Positions 1-14,600 of a stretch of DNA of 64,000 nt are shown in pieces (position 1 is the first letter of the stretch; every line of letters begins with the position of its first letter). Location of the stretch: the NCBI GenBank assembly GCA_951406725.2, contig OX597834.1, positions 40,052,001-40,116,000 of the forward strand, in the 5' to 3' direction. This DNA comes from Octopus vulgaris (taxonomy: Eukaryota). Made by a program: the position numbers and the translations under genes. A model generated the notes under the pieces. It was not told the DNA's origin. It made no database searches and was given only the letters and a program-made list of their open reading frames with translations.

Positions 1-74
1 TATTATTATAATTATTATTATTATTATTATTATTATTCAATAGTATAATTATTATTATTATTATTCATTAGTAT

Positions 75-132
<58 letters not shown>

Positions 133-504
133 GATTATTCTTGTTGACATTTTCACAAATACACTACTAAAACTGTGTTTTAGGATTCTGATAATGATGT
201 GTTAATTCCCAGCAGACTTATTTGCAAAAAGAAAAAAAAAATTCTTTTTAAAAGTTATTTTGACTGCTGGGTGTCTGGAACATTGCACAAGAGATGTATC
301 AAATAACCAACAAATACATTTGACATTGTGAAATCAATAAAACTTTCTTAATTTGAAAATCAATTAATTGTAAATATAAATATATTCATTATTTAAAAGT
401 CAAACAGAAGATGATCTTTACAGAAAGAGAAACAGAACCGCTTTTTTCCATTTTTTTTTTTTCTATTTTGGTTCTGTCTCTTGAAATTAAAAATATATAT
501 TGAT

Positions 505-541
<37 letters not shown>

Positions 542-547
542 TGAGTA

Positions 548-1130
548 GGTGTAGGCATGGTTGTGTGGTTAAGAAATTTACTTCTTAACCAACTACATGG
601 TTCCAAGTTCAGGCCCACGGCATGTCACTTTGGCACATGTCTCCTACAATGATTCCAAGCTAGTCAAGCCTTAAGAATGGATTTGGCAGACAGAAACTGT
701 AAGCCTAAGTGTCGTAAAGCTCTTTACAGTACCAGTTTCTTCCCTCGCACCTCTGAACTTTGGCATTCCCTTCCAAAGTCTTGTTTTCCTCTTCAATATG
801 TCCCCCTCCAGTCTTTTAAGTCTAATGTACATTGTCACCTATTGACTTCTGTCCAGCATCCATCCATTTTATCCTAGTAGCTCTTACATTTTCAGTGGTC
901 TAAGGACCTTGTAATGAGCATATATGTTTGTGTGTCTGTGTTTGTCTCCCCAACATTGCTTAACAACTGATGCTGGTGTGTTTACGTCACCGTAACTTAG
1001 CAGTCTGGCAAAAAAACCTAATACAATAAGTACTAGGCTTACAAAGAATAAGTCCTGGGGTCAGTTTGCTCGACTAAAGGCGGTGCTCCAGCATGGCCAC
1101 AGGCAAATGACCGAAACAAGTAAAAGAGTA
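548..1130 (+). mobile_element. SINE family A, interrupted by a LINE 3' end
   Basis: Head 548-700 and tail 920-1130 match family A. Confidence 0.75.
700..915 (+). mobile_element. Extreme 3' end of another LINE inserted into a SINE
   Basis: ORF 677-877 ends KCRKALYSTSFFPRTSELWHSLPKSCFP...LQSFKSNVHCHL, a CR1/L2-superfamily terminal motif. It interrupts the family A SINE at 548-1130. Confidence 0.65.
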
Positions 1131-2849
1131 AAATAGTAAAAGAGATACAGACACACACACACACGTTTGTGTGTATATACACATACATATGTGTATACAT
1201 ATATATATTATGCATATATATATGTATGTGTGTGTGTATGTATTTATATATCTCCCAGAATCTGCCTGGCTTTAAAACGTTTACAGCTGACCAAAGCACT
1301 GGCAGTAAATGGGAAGAATCTGCTATCAGAATGTTTTACAGATTGCAGTGTCTCTTGGCAGAGGTACAGTAACGGTACAGAGTCGGAACAGACTAGAAGC
1401 AGCTACATATGAATATAGATTTATGATTATATTGACCGATACATCTATAATCTCTCAGATTAAATAATTGACAGCAATAAACAGGAATAATTTCCAGGGG
1501 ATTCCATACTAAATCATTCTTTCACAGTTTCAATATTATTGATTCTGTTTTATTCACCAAGGAATTTTATAAAGTAGGAGAATGAGCTTGAGTGACCTTC
1601 ATGGCTTTTACTAGGGTATTACTTGCTAATATGGTGTGAGTAGGGTCAGATGTGGAGTTAATTAACTGACCAGAGGTATGTGTCATTGACTGTTGAGTTA
1701 GAGTTGATTTCAGATGGGGCCTACACAACGAAATGAGCTCAGTGCTAAAAGCCAACAAAGCATTCATGAACAAATGACTGAAAGAGTCTGTATGCAATTA
1801 TTTGACTGGCTAGATATAATAGCTAAATTTCCCTCAAATCACATCCTTTCATCTTAAAAGAAAATAAAAAAAGATTAAGCAGAGCAGTCTGAATAAAAGA
1901 CGGAATGGTCATATCTGGCATGCACTTAAATCTACTTGACAACAATGGCGTCATCATTACTTATAACAACAGCAACAGCAGTAACAACCTCTTTGCTAGA
2001 AATAACAGCTAAACTTTACTCGCATCATAGCCTATCATCTGAAAATTAGAAGAACACACTGATTAAAGTAGTCCTAGATAGACTATGTGTAAATGATATT
2101 AGAGATGGTCTTAGCTGTTATGACACCGATCAGAATTCAGCTAGATCAGGGCTGGCCAGGGGTTAAGAAAACAACACTCCTCAATTTAACAGTGCTGCTG
2201 AATGTACAAAACCGTGAACCATGTGACCAGTTGGCACTGAGAAGGGTCAAATATCTAAACATGGACACATATAGGTGTGGTTGTGTGGTAAGAAGTTTAC
2301 TTCCCAACCACATGGTTCTAGGTTCAGTCCTACTTTGAGACACCTTGGGCTATAGTCTCAGGCCAACCAAAGCCTTGTGAATGGATTTGGTAGATGGAAA
2401 CTGAAAGAAGTCTGTCATACATATATACAGACTTATACGTACAGACATGACGGACTGTTCCGTCAAAGACAATGTATGACGGTTCAGCTTTTGCTGAATG
2501 ACCTCCACAACTGATTTGTTTATAAGGATCAGATTCTCATGCCACACCTTAGCTCACTCCCTCCATTAAATCAACGTTACCTGGACAGGTGCACAGTGTA
2601 CCATGCATCAGGGGTCGAAGGGATCACAGAGCAACACAAGATGAAGTGTTTTGCTCAAGAACACAACACAATAACCCAGTCTCGGAATTGATCTCACGAT
2701 CTAGCAATTGTGAGTGCAACACCCTAACCACTAGGCCATGTACACTCAATTATATATACTAACACACGCGTATGTGAATATATACATATATATATATATA
2801 TATATTTTTATAATTTATTTATATGCGTATGTGAATATATATATGTATG

Positions 2850-2897
<48 letters not shown>

Positions 2898-2960
2898 GTA
2901 TATGTATGTATGTATATATTATATATATAAATGTATGTATAATATATATATGTATATGTA

Positions 2961-3047
<87 letters not shown>

Positions 3048-3623
3048 TATAGATATATACTATTTACATATATTTATATGTATGTGAGAGAGAGTGTGTG
3101 TGTGTGTCCCCTTGTCTGGACATCATGTGATTGTTGTAAATGATTGTCCCTGTCATACAAGCAGTGTCGGTCATTTCCAATCTTCCATTGAAACATGCTG
3201 ATGGTCAGCGAAAAAATAGTACCTCTGGCTGTAGAAAACCTGCCACAATTAAAACTCCATACAACCCAAACAAGCATAGAAAAGTGAACAGTAAAATGAT
3301 GATGATGATGATGATGCTCCTAGCAGGTGAAAGTTATAAAGAGTGAACTATTTCAAGGGAGATAACTGTGCTGACCCAAAAATTCATTCCAAATACAATT
3401 TCTCAAATAAACTTTGCTGAAAATATTTACATAATGTTCAATAAAAATCTAACCTGGACAAGTCACAGCTGTTATTAACGAGCTTTTATTATTTATTATA
3501 TTGAACAGCAAACAAAACATTTCAGGTATGTTTGTCTGAGTACATATCTATATACGTGTGTGTGTGTGTGTGTATTTATAAACACACACACCTTTATACA
3601 TATACAGGACAAACAGTCATTCA

Positions 3624-3693
<70 letters not shown>

Positions 3694-3759
3694 TATAGGT
3701 TTGGCAATAAACGGAGGGAAATGGAGTTTAAAATATTAATATATATGACTTTCGTGTTT

Positions 3760-4082
3760 TCTTACTTCAGTTATTATATTAGACTGTGGCCATGCTGGAG
3801 CACCGCTTTCAAAGATGTTCTAAGTCAAATGAATCAATCGAACCCTGTCTTTGTTGTTTTGAGGGTGTAAACAAACCAACACTGGTTGTTAGGGGGGGGG
3901 GACAGACACAAAGACACACACACATATAAATATATGACAGGCTTCTTTCAGTTTCTGTCCACCAAATCCTCTCACAAAGCTTTGGTCATTCCCAATGCTA
4001 CTGTAAAAGACACTTACCCAAGGTGCAACACAGCAGGATTGAACCCAGAACCATGTGGTTGGTAAGCAAGCTTCTTGATACA
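3760..4082 (-). mobile_element. SINE family A, degenerate
   Basis: Similarity to 35775-36187. Confidence 0.7.
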
Positions 4083-4269
4083 CTGGCAGATGTTACAAAG
4101 TGATTCAAATGCTGTGAGCTTTGGTGCATTGGCACTTATCAAGCCTGATAAATAATTTCAGCAGAATAACTTACACCCACGCACCCACACACATTTATAA
4201 AGGTGTGTGTGTGTGTGTGCATGCATATGTGTATATAAATATGTGTGTGTGTGTATATATATATATGTG

Positions 4270-5122
4270 TGTGCAAGAGAGATAACTGCACTGGTATGGT
4301 CATGTGGTGAGAACGGATGAAGATAGCATTGTGCAAAAGTGCCACACCCTAGCAATTAAGGAAACCTGTAGAAGAGGTAGACCCAGGAAGACCTGGGATG
4401 AAGTGGTGAAGCATGGCCTTCGAACATTAGGCCTCACCGAGGCAATGACTAGTGACCGATGCCTTTGGAAATATGCTGTGCTTGAGAACACCCGGCAAGC
4501 CAAATGAGACCATAACCCGTGGCCTATGCCAGGGGTGTAACCAGCCCACTTATGCATACCTTTCCTTCCTTGGACACTAAACTCTGCTTGCGAAGACCTG
4601 TTGAGGCAAGTAAAATCAAAATCAAATTCGATGACTGGCATCCGTGCTAGTGGAGCACTAAGAACACCATCTGAGCATAATCGTTGTCAGAGCAGCTAAC
4701 TGGCTTCCATGCCGATGGCACATAAAAAGCACCAGCGTTGCCTCACTGGCACGTGAACAAAACATTCAAGCAAGGTGGTTGCCAGTGCCGCTGGACTGGC
4801 TCCCGTGCAGGTGGCACATAAAAAACACCATTTCAGCGTGGCCGTTGCCAGTGCCGCTGGACTGGCTCCCGTGCAGGTGGCACATAAAAAACACCATTTC
4901 AGTGTGGCCGTTGCCAGTACCGCTTGACTGGCCCTCGTGCTGGTGGCATGTAAAAGCACCCACTACACTCTCGGAGTGGTTGGTGTTAGGAAAAGCATCA
5001 AGCTGTAGAAAATCTGCCAGATCAGACTGGAGCCTGGTGCAGCCATCTGGTTCACCAGTCCTCAGTCAAATCGTTCAACCGATGCTAGCATGGAAAGCAG
5101 AGGTTAAATGATGATGATGATG
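4270..5122 (+). mobile_element. RTE-clade LINE 3' end (ORF C-terminus, 3' UTR with 66-bp tandem repeats, (TGA)n tail)
   Basis: WYGHVVRTDEDSIVQKC...RRGRPRKTWDEVVK...MTSDRCLWK is an RTE C-terminal signature. Repeat units start at 4778, 4844 and 4910. Ends GTTAAATGATGATGATGA. Confidence 0.8.
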
Positions 5123-5587
5123 TATGTATATATATGTGTATGTATGCTCACATGGGTGCTTGTAAATGCATATATTACTACGTATATGCATCTACATGCA
5201 CAGGCATGTGTGTGTTCTATTATTTCTTCTCTAGTTCAAACCAATGGACCGCGACCATACTGAAGCACTACACAGCAGCACAAATAACTAACACATTTAC
5301 TATGACATATATGTACGTGTAGACACATGCGTGTGTGTGTGTGTGTGTGTGTGTACACACATGAGTATGTGTTTGTATATGCGTGAGTGTCGGTGTACTT
5401 TTATTGTTTCACTGGTTCCAATCACTGAACCACGGTCATGCTGGAGCAACCCTTTCAAAGATTTTTAGCCAATAAATTTGCTACTAGAATATATTGTAGT
5501 CTGATGCTTATTGTATTGATCTTCGCTTATTGAACTATGAAGTTGTGTGACATGAAGGAACAAAAGAGAAATAACGAAATAAATGTA

Positions 5588-5633
<46 letters not shown>

Positions 5634-5748
5634 AATAAAAGCACACATACATGTTTGTGTGTATGTGATTGTGTGTATATATATATATATATATATATTT
5701 CTACATACATGTAAGTATACATATGTGTGTGTTGTGTGTATATATGCA

Positions 5749-6140
5749 GGTGCAGGAGTGGCTGTGTGGTAAGTAGCTTGCTTACCAACCACATTGTTCC
5801 AGGTTCAGTCCCACTGTGTGGTACCTTGGGCAAGTGTCTTCTGCTATAGCCTTGGGCCGACCAAAGCCTTGTGAGTGGATTTGGTAGATGGAAACTGAAA
5901 GAAGGTCATCGTATGTATGTATATGTGTGTGTGTGTGTGTGTGTATGTTTGTCATTTGTCTGTGTTTATCTCCCCAACCTATGTTGGCGTGTTTATGTCC
6001 CCGTCACCTAGCAGTTCGGCAAAAAGAGACTGATAGAATAAGTACTAGGCACACAATGAATAAGTCCTGGGGTCAACTTATTCAACTAAAGGTGGTGCTC
6101 CAGCATAGCCACAGTCAAACGATTGAAACAAGCAAAAGAG
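5749..6140 (+). mobile_element. SINE family A, full length
   Basis: Reverse-complement similarity to 35775-36187. Confidence 0.85.
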
Positions 6141-6171
6141 TATATATATATATATATATATATATTTATTT

Positions 6172-6366
6172 CTGTTCCTTTTCTTGTTTTGACTGCGGCC
6201 ATGCTGGAGCACAGCTTTTAGTTGAGCAAATTGACCCCAGGACTTTGTAAGCCTAGTACTTATTCTATCGGTCTCTTTTCACCAAACTGCTAAGTGACAG
6301 GGACATAAACACACCAACATTGGTTGTGATACGATGGTGGGGAGACAAACACAGACACACAAATAT

Positions 6367-6401
<35 letters not shown>

Positions 6402-6563
6402 CGACGGGCTTCTTTCAGTTTCCATCTGCCAAATCCACTCACATGGCTTTGGTCAGCCCAAGGCTATAGTAGAAGACCCTTGCCCAACGTGCCACACAGT
6501 GACACTGAACCCAGTACCATGTGGTTAGTAAGCAAGCTACTAACCGCACAGCCACTCCTGCAC
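6172..6563 (-). mobile_element. SINE family A, full length, inverted relative to the preceding copy
   Basis: Similarity to 35775-36187. Confidence 0.85.
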
Positions 6564-6579
6564 CTATATATATATATAT

Positions 6580-7021
<442 letters not shown>

Positions 7022-7623
7022 GCTGTGTATGTGTATGAAAGTTAATGGCTGAGGAAAAAAGAGATAAGTGGAGTAAAAGTAACTATTATACTGAAGAGAA
7101 ACAGCTGTATTTTGATATAAACAGTAGGAGAGTGTGTGTACGTGTAATACATGTGTGTATGTGGGTGTGTGTGCATGTACACACACACGTGTGCGAGTGT
7201 TATTTAGTAGAAGAGTGAATTTCATTAACCAGACACTGTGATAGGAATGATACTCCATGCTTTGTATTGTATGTACACACACACACACACGTGTGTGTAT
7301 GTGTGCATATATATGTGTCTGTATGTATGTGCATATATACATACATACGTATGTATGCATCCATATATATGTATGTGCATATATGTATGAATTTATTATG
7401 TATGTATAGTTGGGTACCTGGGTGAGAGGGTGCATACGTGTATCAAATAGTATACATGTGTGGATGCGTGTGTGTATATATATATTCTTCTATTGGTTTC
7501 AGCTAGAGGTTGTGGTCATGCTGTGGCACAACACTTTAAAAAAATCCTGAAGGTTCCGCTTACAACATCTGGATATGTGAATGGACACCACGTGTATAGA
7601 AATATAAATACATACATACATAC

Positions 7624-7669
<46 letters not shown>

Positions 7670-7954
7670 TTATATATATATACTGTGAAAATTACAAGGG
7701 TTGAAAATTTGAAAGAATTTCATACCAGTGGTTAGCATGTGGCTTGGGTTTGGCTGCCCTCTCTAGTATGTAAGGCATCCTGTCAAGGGTCTTTTCTTTT
7801 GTGTATAAATAATATACACATTATATGGAAGTGTGTGTGTGTGTATGTGTGTATATATATATACATGAAAATATGATACTAAAACCAATAAATTTTCTAA
7901 AAAATACAGCTCTAGACAAATACGAAAGTTCAGACAGCAACACTGCTGTAACAA

Positions 7955-8158
7955 CCCCAATCCTTTCTAATTCAGGCAGAGGAAAGGGGCCAGCTGATTA
8001 CATTCACCCCACTAGTTAACTGGTACTTCATCTTATCAACCCAAAAGGATGAAATGCATGACTGACTTGAACTGAATTTGAACACAAAACATTAAAACAG
8101 ACGAAATACTGCTAAACCATTTTGTCCGATATGCTAACAATTCTGCCAGCTCACCGCC

Positions 8159-8198
<40 letters not shown>

Positions 8199-8426
8199 TA
8201 ATAATAATAATGATAATCCTTTCTACTCTAGGCACAAAGCCTGAAATATTGGGGGAGGGTTGAGTTGATTGCATTGACTCCAGTACAGAACTTGTACATA
8301 ATTTATCGACCCCGAAAGGATGAAAGGTAAAGTTGACTCCGGCACAGTTTGAACTCAGAACATAAAACAGATGAAATACCGCTAAGCATTTTGTCCAGCG
8401 TGCTAATGATTCTGCCAGCTCAACAC

Positions 8427-8464
<38 letters not shown>

Positions 8465-8570
8465 GCCTTTCTACTAAAGGCACAAGACCTGAAACTGATG
8501 GGGGTTGGGGACTAGTCAATTACATTGACCCCAGTGCATAACTGGTACTCATTTCATTGACCCTGAAAGG

Positions 8571-8601
<31 letters not shown>

Positions 8602-9022
8602 TAAAACCTGAAATTGGGAGGGGTGAGGGACAAGTCAATTACATCAACCCCAGTGTTTCACTGGTACTTAATTTATCAACCCCGAAAGGATGAAAGGAAA
8701 AGTCGACCTTGGTGGAATTTGAACTCGGAACGTAAAGACGGATGAAAAACAGCCAAGGATTTTGCCTGGCATGCTAACTATTCTGTTAGCTCACCACCCT
8801 AATAATAATAATCCTTTCTACTAAAGGCACAAGGCCTGAAATTTATTGGGTGGGGACTATTCGGTTATATCGACCCCAGTGTTTCACTCATACTCAATTT
8901 AGCGACCCCAAGAGGAAAAAAGGTGCAGTTGATCTTGATAGTATTTGAACTCAGGACGTAAGGACAGGTAAAATGTTGCTATGCATTTTTGTCTGGTGTG
9001 TTACTGATTCCGCCAGCTCGCT
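7955..9022 (-). mobile_element. Tandem run of about 5 family B SINE copies separated by (AAT)n or (TA)n
   Basis: Repeated ...GACCCCGAAAGGATGAAAGG...GAACTC...TCTGCCAGCTC units at about 7955-8160, 8215-8430, 8465-8570, 8605-8800 and 8810-9022. Confidence 0.8.
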
Positions 9023-9355
9023 TCCTGGCTATAGCAACAGGAATAGCAACAACAACAACAACAACGATGCTAAACAGGGTGCTGCTAATACCAACGAGAC
9101 CTTTATCATGGACCACACTTCAATTCTACCCAGAATAATGAATAACAATATCGTAACAATAAAAACAAACATAACATAATCCCAGTAACACCTTTATAAC
9201 AACAACAGTATCGTAACAATAACAACATCTTAACAACAGTATAACTCCACCTTCCTCGACAACAACAACAACAACAACACCATGATCGCAATAACATCAG
9301 TCATACAACAATAACAACAACAGCAACAACAATCTCTAGCAATAATGAGACTTAC

Positions 9356-9471
9356 CGAAAATTCCTTTTAGTAACTTTTGTATAATGAACATTTTGGTGG
9401 TGGTGGTCGTGGCTGCCACCATATCTTAAGGATCCAAGATGTACTGGATGTCAGACACATTTCACAGAGAA
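9356..9471 (-). other. Candidate 116-nt exon of a host gene, possibly carrying the start codon (MVAATTTTTKMFIIQKLLKGIF, phase 1)
   Basis: Minus strand shows a pyrimidine-rich CCCTCGCTCCTCATCCACCCCAG acceptor and a consensus CG|GTAAGT donor. ATG at 9422 has an upstream in-frame TAA. It is a unique-sequence island among repeats. Confidence 0.4.
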
Positions 9472-9624
9472 CTGGGGTGGATGAGGAGCGAGGGAGGGGT
9501 AGACGGGGGGGGGGGAGAAGGTAGACGGGGTAGATGTAGTGGTGGTGGTGGTGGTAGTGCGTCAGCTGAATGGAACAGACTGTGTGGCAGGCAGATACGG
9601 TAGAACAATGATTAAATATGTGTG

Positions 9625-9665
<41 letters not shown>

Positions 9666-10206
9666 ATATATATATGTATATGGGAGTGTATATGTATATA
9701 TATATGTGTGTGTGTGTGTATGGATAAATGGATGTATTTACGTGCGTGTAGATATGTGTATATGCATATGTGTGTGTGTGTATGGATGTATGTATATGTA
9801 TATATGTGTATATGTGGGTGTGTGTATGAATGTATGTATGCACGTGTGTGTGTAGAGAGAGAGAGAGGGAGAGAGAGACAGACAGACAGAGAGAGTAAGA
9901 AGGGAGTAGTAGAGGTGCAGAAACAAAAATAGGGAGAAGTTTAATGAGAAAGAAAAGAGAAAGAAAGGAAGGGATAAAAAGAAAGAAAGAAAGAAAGGGG
10001 TAGAAAGAATGAGAGAAAGTGAAAGTATGATAGATATAGGAAGGTGTAAAAGAATCAGAAGAGAATGCAGAGGAGAGGGTGGAGGAGAAAGTTGCATTGA
10101 TATGAGAGAGAGTGAGAGAGATAGAGAGAGAGAAAGAGGGAGAGCGAGAAAGAAAGAGAGACAGACAGACAGACTGGCAGATAGACAGACAGACAGACAG
10201 AGAGAC

Positions 10207-10237
<31 letters not shown>

Positions 10238-10601
10238 AGCAGTAGTGAAGATTAGTAGAGAAGGAGAAGTGATGTGTTTAGTAGTGTGTGTATAATAAGT
10301 AGTCAGTTTGTATGTAGTAGTTGAATGGTTAGCTGATGGTATCCAGAAATGACTAATAGATACTGATGTGGTGGTGGTGGTTGTGGTGGTGGTGGCGGTG
10401 GTGGTGCTTGTGGAGGTGGTTCAACTGAATGAGCAGACTACAGAAGACAAAGAGAAATAGCTCATACGCATTCACTCAACACATGTGTGTTTGTATACAC
10501 ACACACACACACATATATATATACATACATACAACATACATACAAGTACACAAATAAATGCACATTATATATATATATATATATACATACACATATATAT
10601 A

Positions 10602-10632
<31 letters not shown>

Positions 10633-10737
10633 AACATACACATACATACATATATAAAATGCAAGGTGCAAGCAGAGTTGTGTGGTTAAGAATTTAGCAT
10701 AGCAGCCCTGTGTTCTTAGGTTCCGTCCCTCTGCACA

Positions 10738-10798
<61 letters not shown>

Positions 10799-11299
10799 CA
10801 ATTAAAGCTTTGGGCCACCCAAAGCCATCTCAGCGGATTTAGTAGACAGAAACCAAAAGACCCCAATTGCACATGTGTGTCTGGGAGTGTATGTGTGTGT
10901 GTGTGTATGTGTATGTGTGTGTGTATACGTATGAGTGTGTGTGTGTGTGTGTATGTATACGTATGTGTGTGTGTATGTCAGGTCACATATGACATCTCTC
11001 ATGGATGTTACTGGTAACATGGAATCTAGTACAACCTGTTGCATGGTCGGGTCATCAGTGACTAAACCAGCAACTCCACCATGCTTGCCTGGTTTGCAGG
11101 TTTGCTAGAAAGCCAGCGAGACTAACAGCAAGATCTGTCAAAAGGACATGATCCAGAGACAAGCCAGAAACAAAATATCTAGTGCCAATATGGGTCACAA
11201 GCTCAAGAATGCTTAAGATCCTCCGAGCGCTATAAATACGAAGGGCTTTGAGCCCTCTCCAAACATCCCGAGTGTTTGCTTTCCTTTTAGTTACACTCA

Positions 11300-11792
11300 A
11301 GCTGATTCTCATCACTAGCATGTCATCCCCGAATGCATGGGGTCACATCTTCCTTGCTCTTCCCCCTTGGTCCTTTTCCTCCTTTTTGTGTCCATCACAA
11401 TGGCAGTATGTCTCTCCTGTGATAATCGAAGCACATGGCCAGTAAACCAAGTCCTGCAAATTTCCTATGCCAGCTCTTCTAATGACCTCTTCATTTCTCA
11501 CTCTGTCCTGGAAAGAAATGTCCAGTATTAAACAAAACAGTGTCACTGGAACATGTCCAGCAACTGAGAGATCTCCACCATCATCTTCCACATTTCAATT
11601 CTATGGATGGCTGTTGGTACAACAATGAGGTACAGCTATAGTTTTATCTTCTTACGGATGGTCTTTGATCTCCATATTCGACAAAGGCATTAGAATTCTG
11701 GTGTTGCTTTACCTATCCTGGTCCTGATGTCAACTTCTGTATTACCTTCATAGGAAACCCAGCTTCCAAAGATGTGTAAAGTGTATCTAGGA
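11300..11792 (-). pseudogene. Decayed RTE-type RT C-terminal fragment
   Basis: Broken frames read SYEGNTEVDIRTRIGKA...IWRSKTIRKKIKL and ILDISFQDRVRNEEVIRRAG...TGHVLRL. Confidence 0.65.
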
Positions 11793-12095
11793 CTACATAA
11801 GTTTTGGGGGACATAATGTTCTTTGATACAAGATCAGTTCTGATATAATAGACCTGGAATCAAAGATGTTCCAGCCATGACCTTCCCCTCTTATATATAG
11901 ACAAAGTGTGGTTAGAATGTCGGGGTCAGAATCATGAGATAGTGAGTTCAATTCTGGGACTGGACTGTGTGTTGTGTTCTTGAGCAAGACAAGTACTAGG
12001 CTTACAAAGTATAAGTCCTGGGGTTGATTTGCTCGACTAAAGGCGGTGCTCCAGCATGGCCACAGTCAAATGACTGAAACAAGTAAGCGAGTAAA

Positions 12096-12126
<31 letters not shown>

Positions 12127-13059
12127 AAGAGTGCGAGCAAGAGAAAGATAGATATTGATGGACTATCTCCATCAAGAGAGATGGATGGATGGATAGATAC
12201 ATAGATAGATAGACAAACAGACAGACAGACAGATAGATAGATAGATAGATAGACAGATAGATAGACAGATAGATAGACAGATAGATAGACAGATAGAGAC
12301 AGATGGGTGGGAGGAAGGGATGGAAAGATAATTGAATGAAATTATGAGTTGTGAAAAAGAGAGGGCCAAGGAGAGAGAGATGAGGGGGGAAAAGGAGAGA
12401 GAGAAGAGAGGGAGAGAGAGAAAAGAGGGAGAGAAAGATGGGAAATGAATGAAACTGAGTGAATGGAAGATGAGAGATGTTGTAGAGCAGTTGTTATGAA
12501 TGGGATGTAGCGGGGAGGAGAGAATTGTGAATGGGGGTGGTGCAGTGGGAGGAGATAATTGTGAATGGGGGTGTGGTGGGAGGCGGGAATTGTGAATGGG
12601 GGTGTAGGGGGGAGGAGATAATTGTGAATGGGGGTGTAGGGGGAGGTGGGAATTGTGAATGGCAACACAATAATGTGATGCAAGCCCAATGGCAGGGGCA
12701 TGTTAGCAACAGCAACAACAAGAACAACAACATCACATCCACCACCACCACCACCAACAAGAACAACAACATTTGATTATATAAAATATTTATTAACAGA
12801 TATTATAGCAATCTTTATTCCATTCTCTTTATTGAATAAAAACACACAAGCACACATACACATACATACATACATACATACATACATACATACATACAGA
12901 CAGACATACATACATATATACACATATATACACACGCGTATCAGCCAACAAGTCTTCATAAATAACTGATCTCTTCACACAAATTGACTTTGCAATCAAA
13001 CAGCCAGCAGTGTAATGTTTGAATGTCTGTGCATGTGCGTACATGTGTTAATGCATGTG

Positions 13060-13330
13060 TGTGTGTGTGTGTGTGTGTGCATTAATGAGCATGTATGAAT
13101 GTGTGTATGTATAAATGTGTGTGTGTGTGTGTGTGTGCATTAATGAGAGTGTATGAATGTGTGTATGTATAAATGTGTGTGTGTGTGTGTGTGTGCATTA
13201 ATGAGAGTGTATGAATGTGTGTATGTATAAATGTGTGTGTGTGTGCATTAATGAGAGTGTATGAATGTGTGTATGTATAAATGTGTGTGTGTGTGTGCAT
13301 TAATGAGAGTGTGTGAATGTGTATGTTTAA

Positions 13331-13366
<36 letters not shown>

Positions 13367-14240
13367 ATTAATGAGCATGTATGAATGTGTGCATGTATAA
13401 TGTGTGTGTGTGTGTGTGCATTAATGAGCATGTGTGAACGTGTGTATGTATAAATGTGTGTGTATGTGTGTGCATTAATGAGCATGTGTGAATGTGTGTA
13501 TGTATAAATGTGTGTGTGTGTGTGTGTGTGTGTGCATTAATGAGCATGTGTGAACGTGTGTATGTATAAATGTGTGTGTATGTGTGTGCATTAATGAGCA
13601 TGTGTGAACGTGTGTATGTATAAATGTGTGTGTATGTGTGTGCATTAATGAGCATGTGTGAATGTGTGTATGTATAAATGTGTGTGTGTGTGTGTGTGTG
13701 TGCATTAATGAGCATGTATGAATGTGTGTATGTATAAATGTGTGTGTGTGTGTGTGCATTAATGAGCATGTGTGAATGTGTGTATGTATAAATGTGTGTG
13801 TGTGTGTGTGCATTAATGAGTTTGTATGAATGTGTGTATGTATAAATGTGTGTGTGTGTGTGCATTAATGAGTTTGTATGAATGTGTGTATGTATAAATG
13901 TGTGTGTGTGTGTGCATTAATGAGCATGTGTGAATGTGTGTATGTATAATGTGTGTGTGTGTGCATTAATGAGCATGTATGAATGTGTGTATGTATAAAT
14001 GTGTGTGTGTGTGTGTGCATTAATGAGCATGTGTGAATGTGTGTATGTATAAATGTGTGTGTGTGTGTGTGCATTAATGAGTTTGTATGAATGTGTGTAT
14101 GTATAAATGTGTGTGTGTGTGTGCATTAATGAGCATGTATGAATGTGTGCATGTATAATGTGTGTGTGTGTGTGTGCATTAATGAGCATGTGTGAATGTG
14201 TGTATGTATAAATGTGTGTGTGTGTGTGTATGTGTATGAA
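13060..14240. repeat. Compound satellite: about 21 units of a conserved core plus variable (GT)n
   Basis: Core GCATTAATGAGCATGTGTGAATGTGTGTATGTATAAAT recurs every 50-68 bp or so. Confidence 0.9.
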
Positions 14241-14568
14241 CATCTAAAGCAGTGAAGAAGAAAAAAATGCTACATGATCAGTCCTACATTTGGGTAAAGT
14301 GATGATGATGGTGATGACAATGATGATGACGACAGCTGTGATGATAATAAAGATGATGATGGTGATGGTGATGATGACAATGATAGTGATGACGATGATC
14401 ACAATAACAATGAAGAGCAAGAGGAGGAGGAGGATCATGATGACAATGACAGCGATGATGGTGATGATGAAGCGAAGGATGAAGAACATAATGATGGTGA
14501 TGACACTGTTGATGGCAACAACAATGATGATGATGATGACGATGATGATAGTGATGACGATGATGACG

Positions 14569-14600
<32 letters not shown>

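Noticed and set aside
7088-7112. CTGAAGA-GAAACAGCTGTA hammerhead-like string
   Set aside because: Stem II is absent and stem I is unsupported. It could be chance or a deleted remnant.
13060-14240. CRISPR-like repeat/spacer appearance
   Set aside because: The spacers are only (GT)n, not unique sequence. No cas genes; eukaryotic context.
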